The notes under the pieces were generated by a model. The model was not told the origin of the DNA, did no database searches, and saw nothing but the letters and a program-made list of their open reading frames with translations. Shown here piece after piece: positions 22,275-31,597 of a DNA stretch of 64,000 nt (positions within the stretch are counted from its first letter, which is position 1; each line of letters begins with the position of its first letter). The DNA comes from Candidatus Omnitrophota bacterium (GTDB lineage Bacteria > Omnitrophota > Gorgyraeia > 2-01-FULL-45-10). Both the position numbers and the translations under genes were made by a program. Location: contig JAQUSB010000004.1 in assembly GCA_028715345.1 (NCBI GenBank), positions 14,922 to 78,921 of the forward strand, in the 5' to 3' direction.

Positions 22275-23119
22275 TGGAAAAGCGAGCGCTCGGCAAAGGA
22301 CTTAGTGCATTAATTCCCGCTAAAGAATCAGTGAAAGAGAACGGAGAGTCAGTTTTACAGATAAAGATATCAGATATTAAGACAAACAAATATCAGCCAC
22401 GCTTAGAGTTTAATAAAGAAAAGCTAGAAGAGCTCATGAGCTCGATAAAAGAGAAAGGCGTGGTTCAGCCGGTCCTTGTCAGAAAAACAGACGATGGATA
22501 TGAATTGATAGCAGGCGAGCGGCGCTTGCGGGCAGTTACTAATTTAGGCATGGACACGATACCCGCCATATTAAAAGATGTCAAAGATCTCGATATGCTC
22601 GAGATATCACTCATCGAAAATATCCAGCGCGAAGAGTTGAACCCGATGGAAGAAGCCGTGGCTTTCCAGAAATTCATAACAGATTTCAATTTTACGCAGG
22701 AAAAAATTGCTACAGTACTTGGAAAAGATCGCTCGACTATTGCGAACACGATCAGGCTATTAAGCCTTCCCAAGAAAATACAGGCATATATTTCAAAGAA
22801 TTCTATTACCGCCGGGCACGCAAAAGCTATTCTATCTCTTCCGACGGAAATTGCCCAGTTAAAGCTTACTGAAATTATCATAAAGAAGGGACTGTCCGTT
22901 CGTGAAACGGAAAAAGCCGTTTTACGGAAAAAATCAAGCGTAAACGAAGCCGGGATAAAGAAAGATCCCGATATTGTGGACCTGGAAAATAAACTGCAGC
23001 AATTTTTCGGCACACGAGTGAGAATATTCCATTGGAACAAAAGAGGGCGTATCCAGATAGAATACTATTCAGCCGAAGATCTAAACCGCATACTCGATAT
23101 CTTTTCCGTAAAATCTTAA
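22274..23119 (+). CDS. parB: chromosome partitioning protein ParB/Spo0J
   Basis: 281 aa. Motif GERRLRA, plus HTH. Confidence 0.9.
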   Translation: MEKRALGKGLSALIPAKESVKENGESVLQIKISDIKTNKYQPRLEFNKEKLEELMSSIKEKGVVQPVLVRKTDDGYELIAGERRLRAVTNLGMDTIPAILKDVKDLDMLEISLIENIQREELNPMEEAVAFQKFITDFNFTQEKIATVLGKDRSTIANTIRLLSLPKKIQAYISKNSITAGHAKAILSLPTEIAQLKLTEIIIKKGLSVRETEKAVLRKKSSVNEAGIKKDPDIVDLENKLQQFFGTRVRIFHWNKRGRIQIEYYSAEDLNRILDIFSVKS

Positions 23120-23192
23120 AGTTTAAATTCCTTGACGAAGTAATATTTAATTATTACAATATTATATTCTATTATAATAGGGGAAAGGGAAT

Positions 23193-23690
23193 ATGATACA
23201 ACAGACATTAGTTCTCATAAAACCGGACGGCCTGAAAAAGTCTCTGACAGGCAATGTATTGACGCGCCTTTCGGAAACGAAGCTCGACATAGTAGCCGCG
23301 AAGATAGTGAAAGTTTCCAAGGAGCTTGCGGCGGAGCACTACAGGGAACTCAAAGGCAAGCCGTTCTTCGATGACCTTTTGAAATACCTGATGGGCGAAT
23401 ATCACAAGAAAAAAGTCATGGCGCTCGTGTATTACGGAGAGGATGCCATAGATAAAGTCCGCAAGATTTGCGGGGCGACGAATCCGGAAGAAGCCGACGC
23501 CGTATCGATACGGGGCGCTTACGGCAGGATCACTACCAAAGGCGTTTACGAGAACGTCATACACGCTTCGGCAAATATGACGGAAGCCGAGCGCGAGATA
23601 AAATTGTGGTTCCAGCCCGACGAGATAATCGAGAAGCCGTATCCTACTAAAACACAGAAAGCCACTCTCGAGAAAAGGGTCTGGGCTTAA
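23193..23690 (+). CDS. ndk: nucleoside diphosphate kinase family protein
   Basis: 165 aa. Motifs LVLIKPDG and NVIHAS (active His). Longer than the canonical Ndk. Confidence 0.65.
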   Translation: MIQQTLVLIKPDGLKKSLTGNVLTRLSETKLDIVAAKIVKVSKELAAEHYRELKGKPFFDDLLKYLMGEYHKKKVMALVYYGEDAIDKVRKICGATNPEEADAVSIRGAYGRITTKGVYENVIHASANMTEAEREIKLWFQPDEIIEKPYPTKTQKATLEKRVWA

Positions 23691-23706
23691 ACTAAAGGAA
23701 TGTAAA

Positions 23707-24585
23707 GTGCTAAGATCGATGACAGGTTTCGGTAAAGGCGAGGCGCGTTTCAAGTCAGGCAAGATAACGGTCGAGATAAAGACCGTTAATCATAAATTTT
23801 TCGACGCCACGCTCAAATTGCCGAACGGCATAACGGCTTTCGAGGACAGGATAAAAGAGGTCCTGCAGAAAAAGGTAAAAAGGGGGAAGGTGAACCTGAA
23901 CCTGACCCACGACGGGGCGCCTCTTAAGAGCGGCAGGATATCGATAAACGAAAAGTGCGCGAAAAATTATCATAAAGAACTCGAAAGCCTTAAGAACTGC
24001 CTGGGCCTGAACGAAAATATAAGCATGAAAGACATAATGGCGCTGCCCGGGGTGCTCAGTTTCGATTCGGCGGAATCGTCGCTGGCAAGTTTCTGGCCCA
24101 AGATAAAGAAGGCGCTCGACATGGCCATCGACAGGCTCGTTTCCGATAGAGAAAAAGAGGGCGCAGCCCTCTGTAAAGACTTGCTTGCGAGGACGAAGAA
24201 GATAGATTCGATGCTGGCGGTGATAAAATCACGCGCCCACCTGAATATAGACGAATACAGAAGGAGGTTTGCCGACAGGGTAAAGGACCTGACCGGCGGC
24301 CGCAATATCGATATGGGCAGGCTGGAGATGGAAGTGGCGATCTTCGCGAAGAATTGCGATATCTCGGAAGAGATAACGAGGCTGCAGAACCACCTTTCCA
24401 ATTTTAATAAGACCATATTATCCGGCGGAGAGGCCGGTAAAAAGATAGATTTCATAGCCCAGGAACTTCACCGCGAAATAAATACCATCGGTTCGAAGGC
24501 GAGCGATTTCAAGATATCGAAGAACGTTATAGAGATAAAAGGTGAGATAGAAAAAATACGCGAACAGGCCAAGAATTTAGAATGA
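23707..24585 (+). CDS. yicC: YicC/YloC family stress-induced endoribonuclease
   Basis: 292 aa. N-terminus MTGFGKGE, C-terminal DUF1732-like region. Confidence 0.8.
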   Translation: MLRSMTGFGKGEARFKSGKITVEIKTVNHKFFDATLKLPNGITAFEDRIKEVLQKKVKRGKVNLNLTHDGAPLKSGRISINEKCAKNYHKELESLKNCLGLNENISMKDIMALPGVLSFDSAESSLASFWPKIKKALDMAIDRLVSDREKEGAALCKDLLARTKKIDSMLAVIKSRAHLNIDEYRRRFADRVKDLTGGRNIDMGRLEMEVAIFAKNCDISEEITRLQNHLSNFNKTILSGGEAGKKIDFIAQELHREINTIGSKASDFKISKNVIEIKGEIEKIREQAKNLE

Positions 24586-25151
24586 CAGCTAAATTGTTCG
24601 TGATCTCCGCTCCGTCAGGATCCGGCAAGACCACCTTATGCAACAAACTCTTAAAAGATAAATTGGGCCTTGCCCGGTCTGTCTCCATAACGACCAGGCC
24701 AGCGCGAAAAGGCGAGCGAGACGGCCTCGACTATCATTTTGTTTCCGAAAAATATTTCAGAGACACGATAAAGAAAAACGGTTTTCTCGAATATGAAGAA
24801 AATTTCGGGTCTTTGTACGGCACGCCTAAGAAGTTCATAGCAAGCCGCCTGAAAAAAGGCCTGAGCGTCCTTTTGAGCATCGACGTCAAGGGCGCGATGA
24901 AGGTGAGAAAAAAGTACCCCGGGCAGAGTGTACTTATATTCATACTCCCGCCGTCGCTGAATGACCTGAAGAAGAGGCTGCATTCGAGAAGGTCGGAGGA
25001 TAAGAAGGCGATCTCGACGAGGCTGAAACTGGCCAAGAGGGAAATTGCCTATAAAAATAAATACGATTACACGGTCGTGAACGACCGTCTGGATATTGCG
25101 TATAAAAAACTGAAAGGTATCATCCTTTCGGAGATCAACCAAGGAGCCTGA
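24582..25151 (+). CDS. gmk: guanylate kinase
   Basis: 189 aa. P-loop SAPSGSGKTT. Confidence 0.9.
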   Translation: MTAKLFVISAPSGSGKTTLCNKLLKDKLGLARSVSITTRPARKGERDGLDYHFVSEKYFRDTIKKNGFLEYEENFGSLYGTPKKFIASRLKKGLSVLLSIDVKGAMKVRKKYPGQSVLIFILPPSLNDLKKRLHSRRSEDKKAISTRLKLAKREIAYKNKYDYTVVNDRLDIAYKKLKGIILSEINQGA

Positions 25152-25154
25152 AAA

Positions 25155-25364
25155 ATGCAGAACTTTGATATACAGCAGCTTTTAAATAAAGTCGGGAGTT
25201 TGTATAAGCTTGTCAACCTCACTTCTCTGCGCGCGGTGGAGTTGAGCGACGGCGCAGCCAACCTTATGGGCGAAAAAGCCGACCCGAAAACGATAAATAC
25301 CGCGCTGAGAGAGATCTCCGGCGGCAAGATAGAATACAAAGTGAAGGACAAAAAGAGTGCTTAA
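25155..25364 (+). CDS. rpoZ: DNA-directed RNA polymerase subunit omega
   Basis: 69 aa. Follows gmk, the conserved gmk-rpoZ pairing. Confidence 0.8.
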   Translation: MQNFDIQQLLNKVGSLYKLVNLTSLRAVELSDGAANLMGEKADPKTINTALREISGGKIEYKVKDKKSA

Positions 25365-25899
25365 AAAGAAAACGGTCATATTGGGCGTTACCGGCAGCAT
25401 CGCCGCTTACAGGGCATGCGACATCATAGGAGCGCTCAGGCGCGAAGAGATCGACGTCCAGGCCGTATTGACGAAAGAGGCCGCGGAATTCATTACGCCG
25501 CTTTCCCTGCAGACTTTGTCGAAGAATAAAGTGATCACGGACATGTTCGCTCTGCCCGAGAAATGGGACCCGGTCCACACCTCGATAGCGGACAAGGCCG
25601 GGCTCGTCCTGATAGCGCCTGCCACGGCCAACATTATAGGCAAGCTGGCTAACGGCATATGCGATGACCTGCTGACGTGCGTCGTATTCGCTACGAAGGC
25701 GCCGGTCCTGATAGCGCCGGCAATGAACGAAAAGATGTACGAGCATAAGATAGTGCAGGCCAATATAGCCAGGCTTAAAGAGATAGGGTATAAGTTCGTC
25801 GGCCCCATAAAAGGCTACCTTGCGTGCGGGCATGTGGCCGAGGGGCACATCGCCGAAACGGCCCGGATAGTAAAAGAGGCCAAAAGATTATTGAAGTGA
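25357..25899 (+). CDS. coaC: phosphopantothenoylcysteine decarboxylase (flavoprotein)
   Basis: 180 aa. Motif ILGVTGSIAAYRA, plus PxMN. Confidence 0.8.
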   Translation: MLKKKTVILGVTGSIAAYRACDIIGALRREEIDVQAVLTKEAAEFITPLSLQTLSKNKVITDMFALPEKWDPVHTSIADKAGLVLIAPATANIIGKLANGICDDLLTCVVFATKAPVLIAPAMNEKMYEHKIVQANIARLKEIGYKFVGPIKGYLACGHVAEGHIAETARIVKEAKRLLK

Positions 25900-26549
25900 C
25901 GACGAAAAGCGCAAAAAAGACCACAGTCCTTGTAGCGGCAGGCCCGACGCGCGAGAAGATAGATCCCGTCAGATTCATTTCGAATTATTCCACGGGAACT
26001 TTCGGTTACGAGATCGCTGGCGAGGCGGCCCGGCGCGGGTACAAGACGGTCCTGGTGAGCGGCCCTGTGCATCTTACTGCTCCGTCGGCCATGAAGCTGG
26101 TCAGGATCGAGAGCGCTCTCGAGATGAGGCGCGAAGTCAAGAAGCTTGCGGCCCAGGCGGATTGCGTAATAATGGCCGCCGCGGTGTGCGATTGGCGGCC
26201 GGGATCGGCCGGGCGGCAGAAGATAAAGCGTAAAAAAGGCGCTACGACGCTCCGGCTGAAAGAGAATCCGGACATACTCAAGGAATTGGGGGAGAATAAA
26301 AAAAGTGTTCTTGTGGGATTTGCCCTGGAGACCGAAAATTTAGAAAAGAACGCTTTGGAGAAGCTTAAAAAGAAGAACCTGGACCTGGTAGTTGCCAATA
26401 AACTTACAAAAAAGAGCGGACTTTTCGGCGACAGGCTGACGGACGTTTTGATGATAGACAAATATTTTCGGAAAACGATATATCGTCGCAGGACGAAGAG
26501 AGAATTGGCCAAGATTATCCTTGACAAGGCCTTAAAATTTAAGATATAG
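25896..26549 (+). CDS. coaB: phosphopantothenate--cysteine ligase
   Basis: The CoaB domain (VLVAAGPTREKIDPVRFISNYSTGTFG) is in a different frame from coaC. A GTG at 25896 overlaps the coaC stop (GTGA). The ORF track places the frame start at 25824. Confidence 0.6.
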   Translation: MTTKSAKKTTVLVAAGPTREKIDPVRFISNYSTGTFGYEIAGEAARRGYKTVLVSGPVHLTAPSAMKLVRIESALEMRREVKKLAAQADCVIMAAAVCDWRPGSAGRQKIKRKKGATTLRLKENPDILKELGENKKSVLVGFALETENLEKNALEKLKKKNLDLVVANKLTKKSGLFGDRLTDVLMIDKYFRKTIYRRRTKRELAKIILDKALKFKI

Positions 26550-26563
26550 TCAAAATTTCGCTT

Positions 26564-26983
26564 ATGAGAAGAAGAGCTTTCACGATTATAGAATTACTGG
26601 TCGTCGTTTTCGTCTTCCTGGCGATGTTCGCGGCCCTGGCGCCGTTCGTGCGCATGGCGAAAATGCGTGCGAACAGGATAAATTGCGCTAACAACTTGCG
26701 GCAGATAAGCTTAGGGCTGCATAAATATGCGCGGGACCATCAGAATAAGTTCCCGAAGACTCTGGGGGAATTATATCCCGGTTATATAACAGACGGTGAA
26801 ATATTCAATTGCCCGTCGATAAAATTCCGCTCGGCCAAAGATACGCCGGATTATATTTATACGCAGGACCTTACGGAGGCTTCACCGGGCAGAGAAGTGA
26901 TCGTGCTGGATACCGACGGTAACCACAAACGCTCCGGCAGGAATGTATTGAGAGTTGACGGTACGGTGGAGTGGGTTAAGTAA
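26564..26983 (+). CDS. prepilin-type N-terminal cleavage/methylation protein with H-X9-DG C-terminal domain
   Basis: 139 aa. N-terminus RRAFTIIELLVVVFV is a class III signal. C-terminus DGNHKRSGRNVLRVDGTVEWV. Confidence 0.7.
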   Translation: MRRRAFTIIELLVVVFVFLAMFAALAPFVRMAKMRANRINCANNLRQISLGLHKYARDHQNKFPKTLGELYPGYITDGEIFNCPSIKFRSAKDTPDYIYTQDLTEASPGREVIVLDTDGNHKRSGRNVLRVDGTVEWVK

Positions 26984-27000
26984 AATTGTTCCATGAATTC

Positions 27001-27075
27001 GGCGCGGTAGCCAAGCGGTAAGGCAGGAGTCTGCAAAACTCTTATACAGCGGTTCAATTCCGCTCCGCGCCTCCA
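27001..27075 (+). tRNA. tRNA-Cys (anticodon GCA)
   Basis: GGCGCGG acceptor, anticodon loop CTGCAAA, T arm AGCGG-TTCAATT-CCGCT, 3' end CCGCGCC-T-CCA. Confidence 0.85.
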
Positions 27076-27182
27076 GTTTTAGTCAGAACGTGGCGGAATT
27101 GAAGCCGAATTTCCGCCGAGCGAAGCGAGGAAAAGGCCACTGGCCGGAAGGAAATTCGGCTGGCCTGAAGCGAGGCTCTGAC

Positions 27183-27212
27183 GAGCGGAAGGAATTCCGC
27201 TCCGCGCCTCCA
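27183..27212 (+). repeat. duplicated 3' half of tRNA-Cys (T arm, acceptor, CCA)
   Basis: AGCGGAAGGAATTCCGCTCCGCGCCTCCA is a near-copy of 27048-27075. It sits 107 nt downstream, and the spacer carries inverted repeats. Confidence 0.6.
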
Positions 27213-27228
27213 GTTTCAGGCGGTAGTT

Positions 27229-27305
27229 GGACGCGTAGCTCAGTTGGTTAGAGCACTACCTTGACATGGTAGGGGTCACAGGTTCGAGTCCTGTCGCGTC
27301 CACCA
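27229..27305 (+). tRNA. tRNA-Val (anticodon GAC)
   Basis: GGACGCGTAGCTCAGTTGGTTAGAGC...CTTGACAT...GGTTCGAGTCC...CGCGTCCACCA. Confidence 0.9.
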
Positions 27306-27492
27306 CTAAACGATTTGGGCTTCGGGCCGAAAAATGTAGAATTGTTTTTCGCCCTTCGCCCGCCAGACTTTGACAAAAGCGGCCTAACGGCCAAATCGTT
27401 TTAAGGAGAAACCTTTTTAGAAAAAGGTTCCTCCTTAATATTCCTCCTCCAAAAAGAGGAAGAATGCTGATTTTGCGGTGCGGTGTAATGAT

Positions 27493-27579
27493 GCCGGGAT
27501 GGCGGAATTGGCAGACGCAAGGGACTTAAAATCCCTCGGCCGCAAGGCCACGGGGGTTCGACCCCCCCTCCCGGCACCA
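27493..27579 (+). tRNA. tRNA-Leu (anticodon TAA)
   Basis: 87 nt with a long variable arm. Anticodon loop CTTAAAA. Acceptor GCCGGGA/TCCCGGC. Confidence 0.85.
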
Positions 27580-27605
27580 ATAAAAAAGGCGAAAAGGAAA
27601 ACCAT

Positions 27606-29321
27606 ATGGATCTTGCAGCATTAAGGCATAGCACGGCGCACGTAATGGCGCAGGCGGTAAAAAGCCTGTGGCCCGACGCGAAACTCGGCATAGGCCCGTC
27701 GATAGAGGACGGATTCTATTACGATTTTGACAAGGAAGATCCTTTCACGCCCGAGGACCTTGAACTGATCGAGAAGAGGATGTCCGAGATAATACAGAAA
27801 AATTATAAGTTCGAAAAGAAAGAAATGAAAAAAGCCGACGCCGTCAAGCTTTTTAAAAAAATGAAAGAAAAGTATAAGGTCGAACTTATCAGCAGGATCC
27901 CGGAAGCGACGGTTACCATATATCAGGACGGGGATTTTGTGGACCTCTGCCGCGGGCCGCACATAGAATCGACCGGCCAGATAAAGGCGTTCAAATTATT
28001 GTCTATCGCGGGAGCGTATTGGCATGGTATCGAAACAAACCCGATGCTCCAGAGGATATACGGGACGGCTTTCGAAACGCAAAAAGAGCTGCAGAATTAT
28101 CTGACGCTCATAGAAGAGGCCGGGAAGAGGGACCACAGGATCCTCGGCAAGCAGCTGGAATATTTCAGCTTCAATGAAGAGGTCGGCCCCGGGCTCGTAT
28201 TGTACCACCCGAAGGGCGCGCGCCTGCGGAGCATAATAGAAGATTACATAAAGAAAGAACATTTAAAAAGAGGCTATGAGCTGGTCCTGGGCCCGCACAT
28301 AATGAAGAGCGACATCTGGATGGAATCGGGACATTACGATTATTACAAAGAGAACATGTATATGTTCAAGATCGAGGGTCAGGAATACGCGATAAAGCCG
28401 ATGAATTGCCCGGGCCATATCCTCGTTTACCGGTCCAAAACCCGGAGCTATAAAGAGCTGCCTTTACGGTATTTCGAGCTCGGCACCGTTTACAGGAATG
28501 AAAAGTCGGGCGTTCTGCACGGGCTTTTAAGGGTGAGAGGTTTTACGCAGGACGACGCGCACATCTTCTGCCTCCGCGACCAGGTCGAGGACGAGATAAT
28601 AAAAGTAATAAATTTCGTCATAGATACGCTGAACGTCTTCGGTTTCGAGGATTTCTCCGTCGAGGTATCGACGAGGCCCGAGAAATCGATAGGCAACGAC
28701 TCTGACTGGGAAGCGGCTGAGCGGGCGCTCATCCAGGCGCTGAAGCGTAAATACCTGAACTACACTATAAACGAAGGTGACGGAGCATTTTACGGGCCGA
28801 AGATCGACATCAAATTAAAAGACGCGCTCAAGCGCGAATGGCAATGCGCGACGATCCAGTGCGATTTTGCGCTTCCCGAGAGATTCAACCTTACTTATAT
28901 CGGCCAGGACGGTAAAGAATACCGCCCGATAATGTTACACAGGGTTATCTTAGGGTCGCTGGAAAGATTTATGGGAGCTTTGATAGAGCATTTCGCGGGA
29001 GCGATGCCGTTATGGCTTGCGCCGGTGCAATGTATCATGATCCCAATATCCGATAAGGCGCTCGAATACGCCAAAAAAGTCGAGGCAGCGCTCGTCGAGA
29101 AGGGCATAAGGGTTTCGTTCGATTCCAGGAACGAGAGGCTGCAGAAAAAGATACGCGACGCCGAAGTCGAAAAGATCCCGTACATGATAATCGTGGGAGA
29201 GAAAGAAGCGGCAGGCGATGTCCTTTCGATAAGATCGAAGGCCCAGGGGGATATGGGCATAATGACAAGCGAAGAATTTATTCAGATGATCAATAAAGAG
29301 ATAAAAGAGAAAGTGAGGTGA
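27606..29321 (+). CDS. thrS: threonine--tRNA ligase (lacking N-terminal TGS domain)
   Basis: 571 aa. Starts in the editing/N2 domain (HSTAHVMAQA). Class II core and anticodon-binding domain are present. Confidence 0.9.
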   Translation: MDLAALRHSTAHVMAQAVKSLWPDAKLGIGPSIEDGFYYDFDKEDPFTPEDLELIEKRMSEIIQKNYKFEKKEMKKADAVKLFKKMKEKYKVELISRIPEATVTIYQDGDFVDLCRGPHIESTGQIKAFKLLSIAGAYWHGIETNPMLQRIYGTAFETQKELQNYLTLIEEAGKRDHRILGKQLEYFSFNEEVGPGLVLYHPKGARLRSIIEDYIKKEHLKRGYELVLGPHIMKSDIWMESGHYDYYKENMYMFKIEGQEYAIKPMNCPGHILVYRSKTRSYKELPLRYFELGTVYRNEKSGVLHGLLRVRGFTQDDAHIFCLRDQVEDEIIKVINFVIDTLNVFGFEDFSVEVSTRPEKSIGNDSDWEAAERALIQALKRKYLNYTINEGDGAFYGPKIDIKLKDALKREWQCATIQCDFALPERFNLTYIGQDGKEYRPIMLHRVILGSLERFMGALIEHFAGAMPLWLAPVQCIMIPISDKALEYAKKVEAALVEKGIRVSFDSRNERLQKKIRDAEVEKIPYMIIVGEKEAAGDVLSIRSKAQGDMGIMTSEEFIQMINKEIKEKVR

Positions 29322-29342
29322 TCTAGTATCGCTAAGAAAGAC

Positions 29343-29837
29343 TTGAGGATAAATAACCGGATCAGGGTCAGGGAAGTAAGGGTCGTAGGCGAGGCCGGCG
29401 AACAGCTGGGAGTATTGGCTACGCCGGAAGCGTTGAAGAGGGCCGAGGAAGCGGGCCTGGACCTGGTTGAAGTAGCTCCGACGGCTGTGCCGCCTGTTTG
29501 CAGGATCATGGATTACTCGAAGTACAAGTACGAACAGGAGAAGAGGGAAAAAGAAGCCCGCAAAAAACAGAAGATAGTCCATCTCAAAGAGATACGCTTA
29601 AGCCCTAAGATAGGAGAGCATGACTATCAGTTTAAAGTGCGGAACCTGGAGGATTTCCTGAAGCGGGGCGACAAGGTGAAAGTCACCATGATGTTCAAGG
29701 GCAGAGAAATGGCCCACGTCGACCTCGGCAGGAAGATACTCGACAGGTTGGCCAGCGACATTTCCCAGATAGGCGAGATAGAAGAGCCGCCCAGACAGGA
29801 AGGCCGGTTTATAAATATGGTGATCAGGGCGAAGTAG
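29343..29837 (+). CDS. infC: translation initiation factor IF-3
   Basis: 164 aa. Motif INNRIRVREVRVVGEAGEQLGV. Confidence 0.85.
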   Translation: MRINNRIRVREVRVVGEAGEQLGVLATPEALKRAEEAGLDLVEVAPTAVPPVCRIMDYSKYKYEQEKREKEARKKQKIVHLKEIRLSPKIGEHDYQFKVRNLEDFLKRGDKVKVTMMFKGREMAHVDLGRKILDRLASDISQIGEIEEPPRQEGRFINMVIRAK

Positions 29838-29947
29838 GGGCAGGCGCGATAAAAATTAGCTGCAAACTATAAGTTTGAAGCCATGGGAATTATTTTCACT
29901 TACAACTTATAGTTTACGACTTGCTTTATATAACAAGGAGACATGCA

Positions 29948-30148
29948 ATGCCAAAACTAAAGACGAACAGAAGCGTTAAGAAGCGGATGAGAATAACGAA
30001 ATCCGGCAAGATAAAGAGGTTCAAAGCGAATAAGAGCCATCTCTTGACGGGCAGGACGGCAAAGAGGAAACGCCAGTTGTCGAAGGCTGGGTTTGTATCT
30101 AAAGGTTTCGAAAGCGCCATCAATAAGCTTCTGCCGTTCGGAGCGTAA
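29948..30148 (+). CDS. rpmI: 50S ribosomal protein L35
   Basis: MPKLKTNRSVKKRMRITKSGK... Start taken at the internal Met of the ORF-track ORF. Confidence 0.85.
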   Translation: MPKLKTNRSVKKRMRITKSGKIKRFKANKSHLLTGRTAKRKRQLSKAGFVSKGFESAINKLLPFGA

Positions 30149-30184
30149 TACAGGCGAAAATAGACACCACGAGGAGGAAAGACA

Positions 30185-30532
30185 ATGTCAAAAGTAAAAC
30201 ATGCAGTCGCTGCGCATAGGCGCAAAAAGAGGGTAATGAAACTTGCCGAAGGCCAATGGGGCGGCAGGTCGCGTTTCCACAAACGCGCCATGGAATCCGT
30301 GGCAAAAGGCATGATGTACGCCACAAGGGACCGCAAAGCGCGCAAACGCGATTTCCGCAGCCTGTGGATCGTCAGGATCAATGCCGCATGCAGGGATAAC
30401 GATATATCGTATTCGAAGTTCATAAACGGGCTGAGGAAGATAAAAGTCCTGATAGACAGGAAGATCCTCGCGGAGCTCGCCGTCTCGGATAAAAAGGCGT
30501 TCACAAAACTCGTCGAAGCCGTAAAGGCGTAG
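30185..30532 (+). CDS. rplT: 50S ribosomal protein L20
   Basis: 115 aa. In the conserved infC-rpmI-rplT order. Confidence 0.9.
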   Translation: MSKVKHAVAAHRRKKRVMKLAEGQWGGRSRFHKRAMESVAKGMMYATRDRKARKRDFRSLWIVRINAACRDNDISYSKFINGLRKIKVLIDRKILAELAVSDKKAFTKLVEAVKA

Positions 30533-30556
30533 CAGTAAAGAGAGAAAGCCTAATAG

Positions 30557-31594
30557 ATGCGAGAAGAGCTTAAAAAAATAGAGACAGAAGCGCTTGCCGA
30601 AATAAATTCGGCCGGCGATAAAACTTCTTTAGAAGCCTTGAGGATAAAATATCTCGGGCGCAAAGGTATAGTAACGGACCTGTTCAAAAAAATGGCGCTC
30701 CTTTCGGCCGCCGAAAAACCGGAGGCGGGCGTCCTTATAAACGCTATCAAAAATACCATCACGGCATCTCTCGACGGGAAACTTGGCGCGGCCTCCCAGG
30801 CCGAAGAAGCCAAAGACCGCATCGACGTGACATTGCCGGGTGTTGCCGGGGCGCCGGGCAAAATACACCCGATAACGCAGACCGTGAACGAGATATGCTC
30901 GGTATTCGTTTCTCTCGGGTTCAAGATAGTAGAAGGGCCGGAGATCGAGACGGAGCATTACAATTTCGAAGCGCTGAATATACCCCTGGAACATCCGTCC
31001 AGAGACGCGTTCGATACTTTTTACCTTAAATCCACGGAAAAATATCTCTTAAGAAGCCACACGTCCCCCGTCCAGGCGCGCTTCATGGAAAAGAACAAGC
31101 CGCCGTTCTCCATAATCGTCCCGGGCAGGGTTTACAGGCCGGACGCTACGGACGCCTCGCACTCATTCATGTTCCACCAGATCGAGGGGCTTGTCGTCGG
31201 GGATTCGATAAAATTTTCCGACTTAAAAGGCGTCCTGGAGATATTCGCCAAACAATTGTTCGGCAAATCTACCAGGATGCGTTTCCGTCCCAGCTTCTTT
31301 CCGTTCACGGAGCCGAGCGCCGAAGTGGATATTTCATGCATACTTTGCGGGGGGCAAGGCTCGGGGACAAAAGGGCATTCCAGGTGCAGCCTATGCGGGG
31401 GCAAGGGGTGGATCGAGATACTGGGTTCCGGCATGGTGAACCCGAAGGTATTTAAAAACGTCGGTTATGACCCCGAGAAAGTCACGGGATTCGCGTTCGG
31501 CATGGGCGTGGAAAGGATCGCGATATTGAAATACGGTATAAGCGACATAAGGCTGTTCTTCGAGAACGACGTAAGGTTCCTGAGGCAATTTTAA
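30557..31594 (+). CDS. pheS: phenylalanine--tRNA ligase alpha subunit
   Basis: 345 aa. Class II motifs FRPSFFPFTEPS and GFAFGMGVERI. Confidence 0.9.
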   Translation: MREELKKIETEALAEINSAGDKTSLEALRIKYLGRKGIVTDLFKKMALLSAAEKPEAGVLINAIKNTITASLDGKLGAASQAEEAKDRIDVTLPGVAGAPGKIHPITQTVNEICSVFVSLGFKIVEGPEIETEHYNFEALNIPLEHPSRDAFDTFYLKSTEKYLLRSHTSPVQARFMEKNKPPFSIIVPGRVYRPDATDASHSFMFHQIEGLVVGDSIKFSDLKGVLEIFAKQLFGKSTRMRFRPSFFPFTEPSAEVDISCILCGGQGSGTKGHSRCSLCGGKGWIEILGSGMVNPKVFKNVGYDPEKVTGFAFGMGVERIAILKYGISDIRLFFENDVRFLRQF

Positions 31595-31597
31595 TAT

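Noticed and set aside
27401-27691. 96-aa minus-strand ORF
   Set aside because: Runs antisense through tRNA-Leu and the thrS start. No support.
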